Position numbers and translations under genes: made by a program. Below the pieces are notes generated by a model. It did no database searches. It was given only the letters and a program-made list of their open reading frames with translations, and had not been told where the DNA came from. A DNA stretch of 63,140 nt, the filler included, from Octopus bimaculoides (lineage: Eukaryota): assembly GCF_001194135.2 (NCBI RefSeq). It is 7 parts of 4 records of this genome, joined end to end, with 100 filler letters (N's around TTAATTAATTAA, not from the genome) between each part and the next. Parts side by side here need not be neighbours in the genome. Positions count along the whole stretch, not along the records: positions 21,588 to 39,761 come from NC_068995.1; positions 39,862 to 52,604 come from NC_068997.1; 5 more parts are not named here. One strand, given 5' to 3'. This document shows, piece by piece, positions 27,498 through 41,025 of this stretch (positions within the stretch are counted from its first letter, which is position 1; every line of letters starts with the position of its first letter).

Positions 27498-28400
27498 AAC
27501 GTTTTGGATGTTAGTTCTTCATCAGAAGAAAAGAAAGAGAGAAGTACTGAGAGAGTGAGAATACGAAATATATAATAAAAAAGCAAGAGGAAAGAGAGGT
27601 GGAAAGTGGAAGATTAGAAACCATTGAAGAATGCTGCTCTATAAGGGGAGTTGGGACACAAAGTAGCCGGTGCATGCATCAAAGTGTATCTGTGTCCGGA
27701 AGTGGGGAAAGGGAAAAGGTGTATGTGATTTTAGTTTAGATTCTATTTATGATTAGCGATGTATGCAAGTATAGAAGTATGTTGCCATTAGTTAGTAAGA
27801 GTAAATGCGTGTGTAACCGTAAGGTGTATAATGCGGGGAATGTATGTGAGAAGATAAGAGCGTGTACGCGTTTGAGCAAATAAAAATATTGATAAAGCAC
27901 AGTGTTGACACCTTCGAATTCGGCTGACCAAGATTTCATCACCTGGAAATGCCTCTCTAAGGTGTAAGACTGGGTAAAAACGCGCATGTGTATGCATTAT
28001 ATCAAAAGTTTAGTCTACGCAGAGTTTCAACATGGCATGGGCTGTTTACGACTGTAGGGAATAACAAATTATTTTCAGTTTATATAAAAATGTCTTCAGC
28101 TTAGAAGGGTGTGTGCGTGGATAGGGTGATAATCGCCTGAAATCTAAATAATTTATATATTGTAATTATGAGTTATTGTTAAGGGGTGTGTAATTATGAA
28201 AAACCCTTAATCTTCTTTTATTTAAGCAACCAGTAGATTTAATCGAAACTATTAGAGAAAGGTTAATCTATTGGAGATTACTTTTGCATTGGTTTCAACG
28301 ATAAAACTTAATTGATATTTTTAGAGAGAAGTTTACTTTTTGAGATGTGCTATTATTGTAGTTCAGAGGTTAAATTTCTACAAAACCATGGTTAACTCTT
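27498..28400 (-). mobile_element. Possible heavily decayed PLE 3' end
   Basis: On the minus strand CTGATGAagaactaacatccAAAACgtt (27498-27525) resembles a mutated PLE hammerhead tail. Only weak protein-like traces lie upstream. Confidence 0.3.
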
Positions 28401-29574
28401 GAAGTGAATTATACATACGTCCAAATACTTGCAAATATGGAAAAAAAACATACTTATACATACAGAAGCATTCAAAATATAAATACACGTATCTATCCAC
28501 ACTAACATACACATTCACCTCCACACACAGATATACACACACATACATATACATATATATATACACATATACATATATATGTATATATATATATATTTAC
28601 ATGCACTTATACACACATATATAAACACACACAAATATATACACCTACATACACACACATATAAATATATATGCACATACGCATACACACATACACAAAA
28701 CCACATACCATACAAACATATACACTCAAACATATACTCAGATAACTTAGATAGTGACGTGTTAGGTGACTTGTGAAGTTGATACCAGTATCGTATTCAT
28801 TAAGTAAACTTTTTATTAAAGTTGTTCAAAATACTTTGAATTGCTTTAACCGAGGAAAGTTTACGTAATGGATACATTTCCTATTATATATTACGTACAT
28901 CTGAAACGTACGTATTAAATGATTTCAAACTATCACTATTTGGGTTGACTTCATTATTACAATTATTACGACTCGATGTCAGTCCAAACTAACCGTCTTG
29001 ACTTCACTTATGTGGATACTCTAGCAACCATTTGGAGTAGTTTGTTATAATTGAGTGGAGCCTAATATTATGGTGCCGTGCAGCATTTCTTAACGTAACA
29101 CGATATATATATATATATATATANNNNNNNNNNNNNNNNNNNNNNNNNNNNNNNNNNNNNNNNNNNNNNNNNNNNNNNNNNNNNNNNNNNNNNNNNNNNN
29201 NNNNNNNNNNNNNNNNNNNNNNNNNNNNNNNNNNNNNNNNNNNNNNNNNNNNNNNNNNNNNNNNNNNNNNNNNNNNNNNNNNNNNNNNNNNNNNNNNNNN
29301 NNNNNNNNNNNNNNNNNNNNNNNNNNNNNNNNNNNNNNNNNNNNNNNNNNNNNNNNNNNNNNNNNNNNNNNNNNNNNNNNNNNNNNNNNNNNNNNNNNNN
29401 NNNNNNNNNNNNNNNNNNNNNNNNNNNNNNNNNNNNNNNNNNNNNNNNNNNNNNNNNNNNNNNNNNNNNNNNNNNNNNNNNNNNNNNNNNNNNNNNNNNN
29501 NNNNNNNNNNTATATATATATATATATATGCATGCTCGCGCGTGTTTGTGTATATGTGAACGTGTGTGTATACG

Positions 29575-30056
29575 CAATTGTTTTGTATAATGCATAACAT
29601 GCATATTGGTACTGACATGTAAAATAATTTAATTAAACGCTGAAATTATTATTACACTTTGAATGCAGCGAAACTGCCGTAATCCTAAGGATAACGAGTA
29701 GTTAAATAAATATATTCACCTCTCATAACTCCTGACTTTTTATGGTTTATATACTCCTCATATGTAAATATATTTATATACATATGTATACTTGAGGCAT
29801 TGGTGTAACCATGATGTTCGAGTGATCTGATGAGTTAGCTTTCTTTATCTACATTGATTTCTAAATATACAATTGTTTTGTATAATGCATAACATGCATA
29901 TTGGTACTGACATGTAAAATAATTTAATTAAACGCTGAAATTATTATTACACTTTGAATGCTGCGAAACTGCCGTAATCCTAAGGATAACGAGTAGTTAA
30001 ATAAATATATTCAACTCTCATAACTCCTGACTTTTTATGGCTTATATACTCCTCAT
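29575..30056 (+). repeat. 187-bp direct repeat pair (29575-29761, 29870-30056), period 295 bp
   Basis: The copies differ at 3 positions (gcagcg/gctgcg, cacctc/caactc, ggttta/ggctta). Confidence 0.9.
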
Positions 30057-30285
30057 GAAATAATTTCATCGATTGAATCTCCTAGATTTCAGCTGCATAG
30101 AACTCTGCATTATACTACTCCGTATGAGATTGCTATGTGGTCTACTAGCCTGGTCTGCCAAAAGAGGTTTCCTTGATAGCCACATGATTCTATGAATTCA
30201 TATACACTACACTACACTATACACAATCGCACGCATATACGTATATATACACATACGTACATATTGTGTAATATAAATATATGTA

Positions 30286-30326
<41 letters not shown>

Positions 30327-30440
30327 AATGTGTATGTGTATATACACGCATACACATAAATATATATAATATATGACATATATATTACATGTATGAGTGT
30401 GCATATGTGTATTGTGTCTGTGCATGTGTATGTGTGTGTA

Positions 30441-31357
30441 TTAGTGAAACTCAAGCAGTGAAGTATAATAATAAACCATCCCAAAATGTAACCTCTCTAT
30501 AACAATATCAGATATGATTTGTGGTTCACAGTAGTTCGATAGTAATCTCACAATGATTTCAATAAAAATCTATTAGTTGCAAACCTGAGTAGAATTATGA
30601 ACTGTCCCAGTCAATTCATTCTGGCATACACATTAGCGATATATTTTTTATTACAATCTTTGTATTAATAGATTAGTTTTAAAGGTACCTTTCTCTGCCC
30701 CATGTAGAATCTGCATATTTGTATATACTGCAGATAATTGTATAAACTGCATATTTGTACAAACTGCATATTTGTATAAACTGCATATTTGTATAAACTG
30801 CAGATAATTTTTCCTATATGACAGACAATCTAGCCCAGGGGGAAGCTGAGTAAATAGTCAAGTTTCGATACAATAAACACATCTATCCATTTTCCCAAAT
30901 GTGTTTAGTTTTATATAAGGGAATATTTTCACTACATAAAGATCTTTAATGTATCTTTTGTAACTCTTCTACATATCACACACATAAGAGTTACAAAAGA
31001 TACATTAAAGATCTGCAGTTTATACAAATATGCAGTTTATACAAATATGCAGTTTATACAATTATCTGCAGTATATACAAATATGCAGATTCTACATGGG
31101 GCAGAGAAAGGTACCTTTAAAACTAATCTATTAATACAGAGATTGTAATAAAAAATATATCGCTAATGTGTATGCCAGTATGAATGGACTGGGGCAGTTC
31201 ATAATTCTACTCAGGTTTGCAACTAATAGATTTTTATTGAATCATTGTGAGATTACTATCGAATTACTGTGAACCACAAATCATAACTGATATTGTTATA
31301 GAGAGGTCACATTTTGGGATGGTTTATTATTATACTGCACTGCTTGAGTTTCACTAA
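30441..31357. mobile_element. 917-bp fold-back transposon with ~350-365-bp modular TIRs
   Basis: 30441-30805 is a near-perfect inverted copy of 31011-31357, flanked by TA on both sides. The inner TIR parts contain 17-bp tandem units (actgcatatttgtataa). Confidence 0.9.
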
Positions 31358-33716
31358 TATAAATTGATTGAATGAAAGAATGTATGTGTGCATTACTTTT
31401 ATACTACGGAAAACGGTAGGGATTATAATTTTTGTATGCCCTAATAGATTTGTCGCTGTTTAGTCACGTATTTAGGAGTTGGTTGTAATTAACTTATTGA
31501 ATTTATTTATCGATACGGTTGTACACAGGGTAAATGCGTTTGAAAGCTGTGGTTTCAGTACATATTTTAGTGGTGCTGATACCGCCGGATTGAATGATAT
31601 TGGCCAGGTGTCGAAACCCTAATGATATCCATGGGGAAGCTGATGATGGAGGTATGTTGGATTATTGGTATGGTTGTGGAATAGTATTATAACCATTTTG
31701 ATATATATATATATGTGGAAGAGTGTAGGCTTGAAACGTTAAAGACTTTTTCAATTCCCGAGCGTTATACTAATACATCTGTCTGTTTTCTACACCACCT
31801 GTCTTCGTCTTTTGTTTTTTTTTTGTGAATTCTCCCTATATATATATANNNNNNNNNNNNNNNNNNNNNNNNNNNNNNNNNNNNNNNNNNNNNNNNNNNN
31901 NNNNNNNNNNNNNNNNNNNNNNNNNNNNNNNNNNNNNNNNNNNNNNNNNNNNNNNNNNNNNNNNNNNNNNNNNNNNNNNNNNNNNNNNNNNNNNNNNNNN
32001 NNNNNNNNNNNNNNNNNNNNNNNNNNNNNNNNNNNNNNNNNNNNNNNNNNNNNNNNNNNNNNNNNNNNNNNNNNNNNNNNNNNNNNNNNNNNNNNNNNNN
32101 NNNNNNNNNNNNNNNNNNNNNNNNNNNNNNNNNNNNNNNNNNNNNNNNNNNNNNNNNNNNNNNNNNNNNNNNNNNNNNNNNNNNNNNNNNNNNNNNNNNN
32201 NNNNNNNNNNNNNNNNNNNNNNNNNNNNNNNNNNATACGCACACACACACACATACACACACACACACGCGCACACACACATATATATATGCATATATAC
32301 ATATATGAACATACTTAAATATATATGTATATATGCATATACATATATGGGTACAGGACTTTATAAAACGTAAACAACATGAAATACGAATAACGAAAGA
32401 ATCAAATGGAAAACAAGAGAAGTAACATAAAGAACGACTCTTCATCAAATGTCGGTTGTTTATCTACTCGACATTTCGAGCATAGTATATATAGCCAAGT
32501 CTAAACCTGAACTTGTATGTATGTATGCATGTATGCATGCATATTATTGACGGCACATACTCGATGTATGTTCGCACGTACACTGCAGTATAGCCACCAG
32601 AAATGGTAACAACATAAGAAATATTTATTATTTAGATGTCAATCCAGTAAAATAATATGTACTGACATTTATAATAAAACAGAAGATTTTGGTTTCGAAG
32701 TGGCTATCAAAGCTTTGGAAAGAATACATAAATTGTTAAGACATTTAGTAAAACAAGGGTATAAATATGGTAAATTGGTTAAAACTTTTAATCGCTGTTT
32801 AGGTGGGAAACTTGAAATTTTAAATAACTATGGAGTAATATCTAGTCTTCAATTTAGCAAATATTTGTTATTTGTAAGGATTCGGGAAGTTTACGATTCG
32901 AGTTATTTGCTTACTACGTCACCAATGTTGTTTGAGACAATTGAGGAAGTAGTAATTACGCACTACATGACAATATTTAGTTGGTCCATTAAAATCTGGG
33001 CGATGGAACTACGTGTCTGATTAAACATGTCAGTGTTAATACTTGTAGGCTTATTATCCTTTAAACAGTTTTAATTAGCTTTAAACATAGCAAGGTTTTA
33101 TAATAATAGTTAATTACTAATACTTTTATTAGTTCCTATTTAATGAAATTCAATGTTTATATAAGTTACTGGTAATTTAATATTATAGCTTGTAGTGTTG
33201 ATATATTAATGAGTATGTAGTGTTTTATTATTAACTTTTGAATGATGAAATAATGTATTTCACTCATAAAAATATTAGTTGAATTAATTTCAATCTTGTT
33301 TGTTTTGGAGAGATTGATATAATGCTTTAACTTTCATTATAGTAGTATCTATGGAAGACTGGTGGGATTATTATCTGTATAGACTTAAAGATTGGTCGCG
33401 ATTTAGCATATAATTTAGTTATTGCAGTTTACTATTAATACCGATACAATGTATATTGGTTTATATGTTTCTTTCTTGTAGTTTCATTAAAGTTAGTGTT
33501 TAATCCTGCCTACAAATTGATTGAATGAAAGAATGTGGTTATTAAGCTTTCACTTTTATACTACGGAAGACGGTAGGGATTATAATTTTTGTATGGCCTA
33601 ATAGATTTGTCCCTGTTTAGTCTCGTATTTAGGAGTTGGCTGTAATTTATTTATTGAATTTATTTACCGATACGGTTGTACACAGGGTAAATGTGTTTGA
33701 AAGGTGTGGTTTCAGC
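31358..33716 (+). mobile_element. PLE remnant: RT C-terminal fragment bracketed by a duplicated ~200-bp terminal segment
   Basis: YLDV / DIYNKTEDFGFEV / LVKQGYKYGKLVKTF at 32620-32870 resemble PLE RT thumb motifs (YDKRDDF, KQGY). 31360-31560 is duplicated at 33513-33716. Confidence 0.55.
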
Positions 33717-34024
33717 NNNNNNNNNNNNNNNNNNNNNNNNNNNNNNNNNNNNNNNNNNNNNNNNNNNNNNNNNNNNNNNNNNNNNNNNNNNNNNNNNNNN
33801 NNNNNNNNNNNNNNNNNNNNNNNNNNNNNNNNNNNNNNNNNNNNNNNNNNNNNNNNNNNNNNNNNNNNNNNNNNNNNNNNNNNNNNNNNNNNNNNNNNNN
33901 NNNNNNNNNNNNNNNNNNNNNNNNNNNNNNNNNNNNNNNNNNNNNNNNNNNNNNNNNNNNNNNNNNNNNNNNNNNNNNNNNNNNNNNNNNNNNNNNNNNN
34001 NNNNNNNNNNNNNNNNNNNNNNNN

Positions 34025-34056
<32 letters not shown>

Positions 34057-34093
34057 ATATGATACACTACACACACACACTCACACATATATA

Positions 34094-34394
34094 TAAGGGT
34101 AAAGACCCCCTTCGGTCATGAATGACCATGGGATTGCGCCTAGTAAGTTCCCCTCCAAGCAAAGTTGTTTATGGAAGACCAGCCCCCCCCCGTTCCACGC
34201 CACCGATGTCATCCAAGGGAAAAGCAAAGGCCGATACAGCTTGTACCAGTGACACGTGCTTCTACAGCTGGGTGAACTGGAGCAACATGAAATAAAGTGT
34301 CTTGCTCAAGAACGCAACACACATTCAGGCCCGGGAATCGAACTCACTACCGCATGATTGTGAGCCTGACTCTCTAACCACTGAGCCATGCACC
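34094..34394 (-). mobile_element. Full-length Meta-like tRNA SINE
   Basis: Reverse complement of the 16272 family (aagtgtcttgctcaagaac, gggaatcgaactc, ctaaccactgagccatgc). Confidence 0.85.
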
Positions 34395-37300
34395 TTCACA
34401 CACGCGTGCGCGCTCACACACACACATCAAACTCATACACAACCATTCATCTATATGGGCAACTGGCAGACTAGGTTGCTTCTGTTTGTGTTGCTAGTGT
34501 TTCAGTTGACAATAATGAAAGCAAAGTCAAGTGCATGGGAAGAACTTGCCAAGACTGGACTGTTTGTACTATGATGCAAACATAATTGGATGTGACATAC
34601 ATTCTACAAACTTCACCTATAATCTGTCTTAACATGCTAACAACGCTTGCAGGAAACTCCAAACTGCTGTAAGCTGTTTTAATGCGACCTTCTTCCAATA
34701 TCCTTCAGCTTAAAATCACGCATTTGATATACTGTCTTGATATATTGCGAAGGAGATGGAGCAAAAGTATTAGTTCTCAATAATTTCAGTCTGCAATCCT
34801 GTACATATTAAAGGTATGTTTCCATTTGCTAATGGTATTTGAGCATACTGTAAACACTTGAACACCTTCATGTCTTTTCACCATGAACGTAACTGTGTTT
34901 AAAATATAAGTCAGTTCATTTTAACGACCGTGTAATAAGTAATATTGTATTTAAGAGTAATGTATTTAATTCTGAACAAATTAATATTTATTGGAGATTA
35001 AAATAAAAGTTGTGTTGTAACCTTCTGTCTGAAGCATCATTGTAGTCTCCGCATTAAAGTAGTGTTTCAAGGGAGTATATATTTCTTTTGCTTCTCTTCA
35101 GACCTATGTGAATCCTATCAATTAATAGTTAAGCAGAATTAATCTTTTCATAGTTATATATACCTTTAAATCATTAGAATTGCAGTTTGCCATTTCAGCA
35201 ATCGTCATTCTTTAAGAGTAACTTCTGTCTATTTTGTAAAAACTGAACTATTTCTCGTTAAAAATAAGTGTGAAATTAAACTAAATACCAAACAACGAGA
35301 AAGACGCACAGATGGCGTAATATGATGAGCAATGTCTGAAACGAAATATAAACAGTTGCTCTATAAACATATCAAATAACGATTTTCCGTATCTATGTTG
35401 TTTTTATCGGTAATGGCAAAATTATTATTATTACAGGAATAAATTTATGTATATCTCAAATATAAGCATCATCACCCACATTGGTTTTTCTGTGCATAAA
35501 TTTTATAAACCTTCATTCTAGGAATGAAGGCTTATAAAATTTAGAAAGAAAAATTACAGTATTCTTACGTTATATTACTTGTACTTCTAATTGCTAATCG
35601 AAACCATTAATTATAAATGTGAGCCAGACTTTTTCATTATGCTAAATTAAACTCAATTGATCTTAACCGATGGATCTAATAATGATTAAACTGTAATATT
35701 GATTAATTAAATGCGGACCAACATACTTAGTGTAACGAAACCAAAGTAATTTATAATCAGTTGGAATAAAATCTATTTTATGAAAATAACAGTCATTTAC
35801 CTTAATGACAATGTGTTCAAGAAAGTTAAGGGAGAAAACTCCGAAAGTTTAATTGATAAAAATTTAAACAGAGATAAGTTGAAGAGAATGAGTGTGATCA
35901 CTGGTAAGTACAGTGATAACACTGGATATGTTTCGGTCTTTTAGAATGCTTCAACGAAGTAGAGCCTACTATGTATTTACCAGATCACAGAACGATTTTG
36001 TGAAGAGAGCGTGGTTTTATGAAGGCAATTCATAAAATAAGTAACTGCAAATAGCAACATTGTTTTTTAAATTTAACTCCTAATCGTAGAAAGCCATGAC
36101 CTATGAGGTTCCTTTTGCGACTATACTGTCTATTTTCAAACATACATTGTCCGATGTGTCCCTCCTTTTCAGGAAAATAGTGTGATTTAAAGATTTGGTT
36201 GTTATTTCTTACAAAGCGGGTGACCGCTCAAAGGTTCCCTCTTTGGTTCATATTGATTGGTAATAACAATTAAAAATACAGTGCATCGATCTGAAAGCAA
36301 AAGTGGGGAAAAAAATAATCGATGGAAAAACAGATGAGCTCTGACGCACAAAAAACAGTTTATCGTATTTTATATACCATCGTAAATGTGTGTGTATGAA
36401 TGAATAACACGTCACCAAATTTGTTTAGTTCAGATATTCTCATAAAAACAACTGCGAAAAATGTTCATTTCGTTTTAATGTTGTTTTATTTACAAATTTA
36501 ATGACAATTTGTCTGAAACCAAACACCCTGATAACATTGTATTTCCTCTTACAATGAACTCCCATCCAACATTTTTGTGAACTTTGGTAATAAAACACAG
36601 TGAATTTAGTTTAAAACAAAATTGTAAAATTAAGTTTCTGTGTCTTTTTATCATTTCCAGTTTTGTAGACTATATGTTAAATTATAAAGATATATATGCG
36701 AACTTCTAGTTAGTTTTACAGTATATAATATAAAATATTTAAGTGGCAGCAATTTTTCTTGAAGTTATGTAGATCAGTAGAGGTGGGGAGGTAAAGAGGA
36801 TTACGTAAAGTTGTGGTATCATTTTAGAGGTAGGATTCTATACAAACCATTCTGTCAGAGAAATGCTTATAATGACTCATACTTCTCCAAGTCTAAAAAC
36901 TTAATCTGCGCTGTTGAATTAGGTCAGAAACTAGCTTATTTATCCACAATATTTGTTTCTTCGTAAAAAGCGAAAAATATATCGCTTTCAAGTGAAAAGA
37001 AGTTGAAGTTTTTTTATCCACTATTTTGCATTTCGCAAATTGTGATATTGACATATTACTTTGCTTTTCTTACTATGCCAATCCTCGATCGCTCTTACAG
37101 CGGCTTTCTTTCCTCCTGAACTTACTCATTGTATATCTAGTTGACTTTATTCTCCCTCAAGATCTCATGTAAAACATTATGTCCAATATTTAGTTCCTAG
37201 AACTGTTTCCAAAAGGATCTTTCTATTTGTTGTATTTTCAACAAAAGTATTCATGACATTAATCTTAACTAGGAAAATTCGTAAACGATATGAGCGGCCC

Positions 37301-37398
37301 CACGAACTATTAACAGACAAGTGATAAAGCTTTAACGAGAGGAAATTAAATTAGTAATGAAGGACTGTAAAGAAATATATCTGTTGAAAAAAGATCTA

Positions 37399-37435
<37 letters not shown>

Positions 37436-37784
37436 TTCTTGTACTAGTATAACAAGGATTTAGATTTAGAAGAAGAATCAGAATTCATGGGTAAATTCGA
37501 CTTAGCAGAAGTTTATTTCTATTCTATGGATCTCATATAAACTGATAAACCACTGATTTAAAATGATTATATTTTTCTAAACTTTCACCATCTAATAGTG
37601 ACTCTATAAAGTAACTTTTGTTGGGATTACGCTGGCAGAGTTAGGTTGAGATATTTTTTTAACTACATGAGTCTTGTACTCAATTGTTTTGTATGACGTC
37701 TTTATAAATTCAAATATATACCCGAGAGAGATATTATCATTCAGCTTTCTAGGTTACAACAAAGTAATTTGCTATGATATATTC

Positions 37785-37998
37785 TTTTCTACTCTAGGCA
37801 CAAGGCCCGAAATTTTTGGGGAGGGGACCAGTCGATTAAATCGATCCCAGTACGCATCTGGTACTTAATTTATCGACCCCCGAAAGGATAAAAGGCAAAA
37901 TCGACCTCAGCGGAATTTGAACTCAGAACGTAAAGACAGACGAAATACCGCTAAGCAATTCGCCCGGCGTGCTAACTTTTCTGACAGCTTGCCACCTT
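37785..37998 (-). mobile_element. Deu/Nin-like SINE, well-preserved copy
   Basis: ctaggcacaaggcccgaaatt..ctggtacttaatttatcgacccc.gaaaggat..ggaatttgaactcagaacgtaaagacagacgaaataccgctaagc. Confidence 0.85.
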
Positions 37999-38997
37999 TT
38001 GCCATAACTGCTTCAACTGTTTATCTTTCACATAGCTAAAGGAAAATTATTTCAAGAGCTTAGTGGGCGCTACAAAGCATACATAGCCTTGTGGAAAATT
38101 GAAATTATGTGATTAGACTCTCAGTTTAATTTCTCAGATTAACGTCACATGGTTCTTGCGTTTTCATTCATAAATCTGAATCATTGCATGAATTTTTATT
38201 TCTAGGATTTGATGAATGAAACAAAAGCTTTTAATAGATGCATTCTGAAATTTTGTTCTTAGTTCAAATTCTTTAGTCACCTGAGCAAAAACTCGTTCGA
38301 CAGAGTGTCTTACTAAATCACAATATTTTATCTAAGCAAACACATTTAACAGACAAATAGTTCAAATATTAATATCGATCTGTGTTTCCTAAACGTACAA
38401 AAATCCTCTTCGATCGCTTTATTTTCTCGAATGAGAAGTTTATTGGATAAAATCAAGTTTGAATAAATGATGACAAATGACTTGTCATTGCTGATTCAAT
38501 ATAATATCAAAAGCTTTTGAATATTTGAAGTTCTGATGAAATCAATCGCAAATTAGAGAGTAAATAGAAGATGCCATTTTAAAAGACTGGCCGCTGGAAG
38601 TTAGTTGTTTTGATGAGAGAGGAAATAATCTACTTAGCAATTAGTTTTCTACTACAAAAACCTGGTAATACGCATCATAAAAGTTAACACTACAACCATG
38701 TATACATATACCTATGCATACACTTAGACACACACGCACAGACACACCATACACGCTCGCACACGCTCACACACATTCATACATTCACACACTCATGCAA
38801 ATAGAAATATATATATACATATATATACAGACTTATATATAGAGAATATTTTATACGTATTTATTGCATACATTGCAGGTACTTTTCATTTTTTTTTTCG
38901 TGAAAACACTGACGACATTCTGTCTAGAATGAACCAAAATCAAGTTTATTTCTCCACTTTTTTGCTGAACTGTAATTACATGTTAAGTATATCAATG

Positions 38998-39262
38998 GAA
39001 GGCGACGAGCTAGCAGAATCGTTTGAAGGTCGGAAAAAATTCTTGCCTATATTTATTCGGGCTCTTTACGTTTTGAGTTCAAATCCTGCCATGGCCAACT
39101 TTGCATATTATCATCATTATTATTATTATTTCAATTTCTGCCGAGGTCTTCTTTACCTTTCATCCTTTCGGGGCTGATAAAAAAAGTACCAGTTGATCAC
39201 TGGGGTCGATTTAATCGACTTAGTCCCGCCTCCAAACCTACTGGCATTGTACCAAACTTTGA
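38998..39262 (+). mobile_element. Deu/Nin-like SINE copy
   Basis: ggcgacgagctagcagaatcgtt..gagttcaaatcc..ctttcatcctttcgggg..agtaccagttga..ggggtcgat. Confidence 0.75.
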
Positions 39263-39723
39263 AACAATTATTATTATTTTGAGCTTTTCCTTATTTACTT
39301 TTGTTTCCATTTCTTGCTGTGTGTTTTCACCTCTTGGTTTTCAAATTATACAGATATGAATAAAGGCAATACAGTATTATTACAACTACATTCCCTTTGT
39401 ATCTTAAGCAATCTACATCAACACTAAGCATATTGTGTCTGCTAACTAAAACAATTCTTCACCAGATAGCACTTATGTACTTAAGTAGCAACCACAAATA
39501 TTTGGTTAACAATTGCTCAACTTGCCGAGAATTGCCTATTAATTACTTTTGCAGCAAATCAATGATGAAAGAGAAACTATTTTTACAAACTTTAAAAATC
39601 ATGATAAAGCAAGTTCTGCGAAAAAAGATATATGAATTAAGGCCTTCAATATTCAGCAACACTGAAACCACTGATGGAATCACAGTAGTATATACGTAAT
39701 GGCATAATCACTGTAGTACGAGC

Positions 39724-39761
<38 letters not shown>

Positions 39762-40329
39762 NNNNNNNNNNNNNNNNNNNNNNNNNNNNNNNNNNNNNNN
39801 NNNNNTTAATTAATTAANNNNNNNNNNNNNNNNNNNNNNNNNNNNNNNNNNNNNNNNNNNNATATATATATATGTATATATACAATATAACATATATATA
39901 TATATATATATATGTTATAACGTATGTATCTGCTTCTTTCTTTATCACTCTCTCTCCCTCTCTCCCTCTCTCTCACTGTACACACACAGCCCACACATGT
40001 ATGTTTTTGTATATGTGTGTATGTATACATATACATATGCATAAACATACATACACACATACATAGTAGAAACAATGGATCCGGAAGAAAGAGTATACTG
40101 GAAACTTTATTGGTCACAACGATCGTTTCGACACATCTTGCACCGTTCCCTCGTGAGTGGGAAACTACAGATATACATACGTGTATATATAGGGGGGGAT
40201 ATGTGCATGACTACGAAAGCTACTGGAAGTGCATCCCTGAGATTGTATGTATGTATGTATGTATGTATGTATGTATATATGTATGTATGTATATACTTGT
40301 GTGTGTGTATGTGTGTGTGTGTCTTTGTG

Positions 40330-40800
40330 TTTATGTTCGTACCCCATCCCCATCCCTTGATAACCGGTGTTAGTTTACTTATATCACTAACTCACCGTAA
40401 CACATCGGTTGTACAAAAGAGACCGATAGAATAAATCCCAGACTTAGAAATAAAATCCTGGGGTCGATTTATGCGACTAAAACTTTCAAGGAGGTGCTCC
40501 AGCATGGCCAAAGTTAAATCACTGTAGGAAGTGAAAGACAAAACATAAAAGACAGCATCGTTTTTTGGCGTCCGTTGATCTTATTTTGGTTTGAAATCGT
40601 TGACATGACGCCAACAATTTCAAAGTTGGGGTAAATCAATTACATTGACACGAATACACAACTGGTTCTTATTTTATCGACCATGAAAGGACGAAACGCA
40701 AAGTCGATCTCACTGGAATTTAAATTCAGAATGTAAAGACGGACGAAATGCCACTAAGCATTTTATCCGGCGTGCTAACGATTTTGCCCGCTCACCTCCT
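40330..40800. mobile_element. CORE-like SINE 3' half (40330-40545, +) followed by a Deu/Nin-like SINE (40620-40800, -)
   Basis: Motif matches to the other copies in this window. Confidence 0.7.
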
Positions 40801-41025
40801 TCATCACCTGACTTGTATGAATGCCTTCACTTTTTCCTTTCTCTGTACCACAGCAAAAACGTTCCTACATTTTGGTTTTAACAGGGCTATTTGCCATGAA
40901 TTGTTCCAAGTTATAGCTGAATATACGCTCTTCAACACTGTCACTTGTATTTTCATATTTTGGACTATACTTGCTCTGATTTACAAGGTTTAGTATTTTT
41001 TAACAATATTATTGTTATTCCTCAA

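Noticed and set aside
30700-30805. 17-bp tandem units and other short arrays considered as CRISPR-like
   Set aside because: There are no unique spacers or cas genes, and the context is eukaryotic. They are TIR subrepeats or minisatellites.
34471-34698. 75-aa ORF and a kinase-like KVALKQL snippet in another frame
   Set aside because: The frame stops shortly afterwards and no other kinase motifs are present.
38467-38536. C/D-box snoRNA-like pattern (ATGATGA..CTGA..CTGA)
   Set aside because: The terminal stem is poor, no rRNA-complementary guide is recognisable, and such a pattern is expected by chance in AT-rich DNA.
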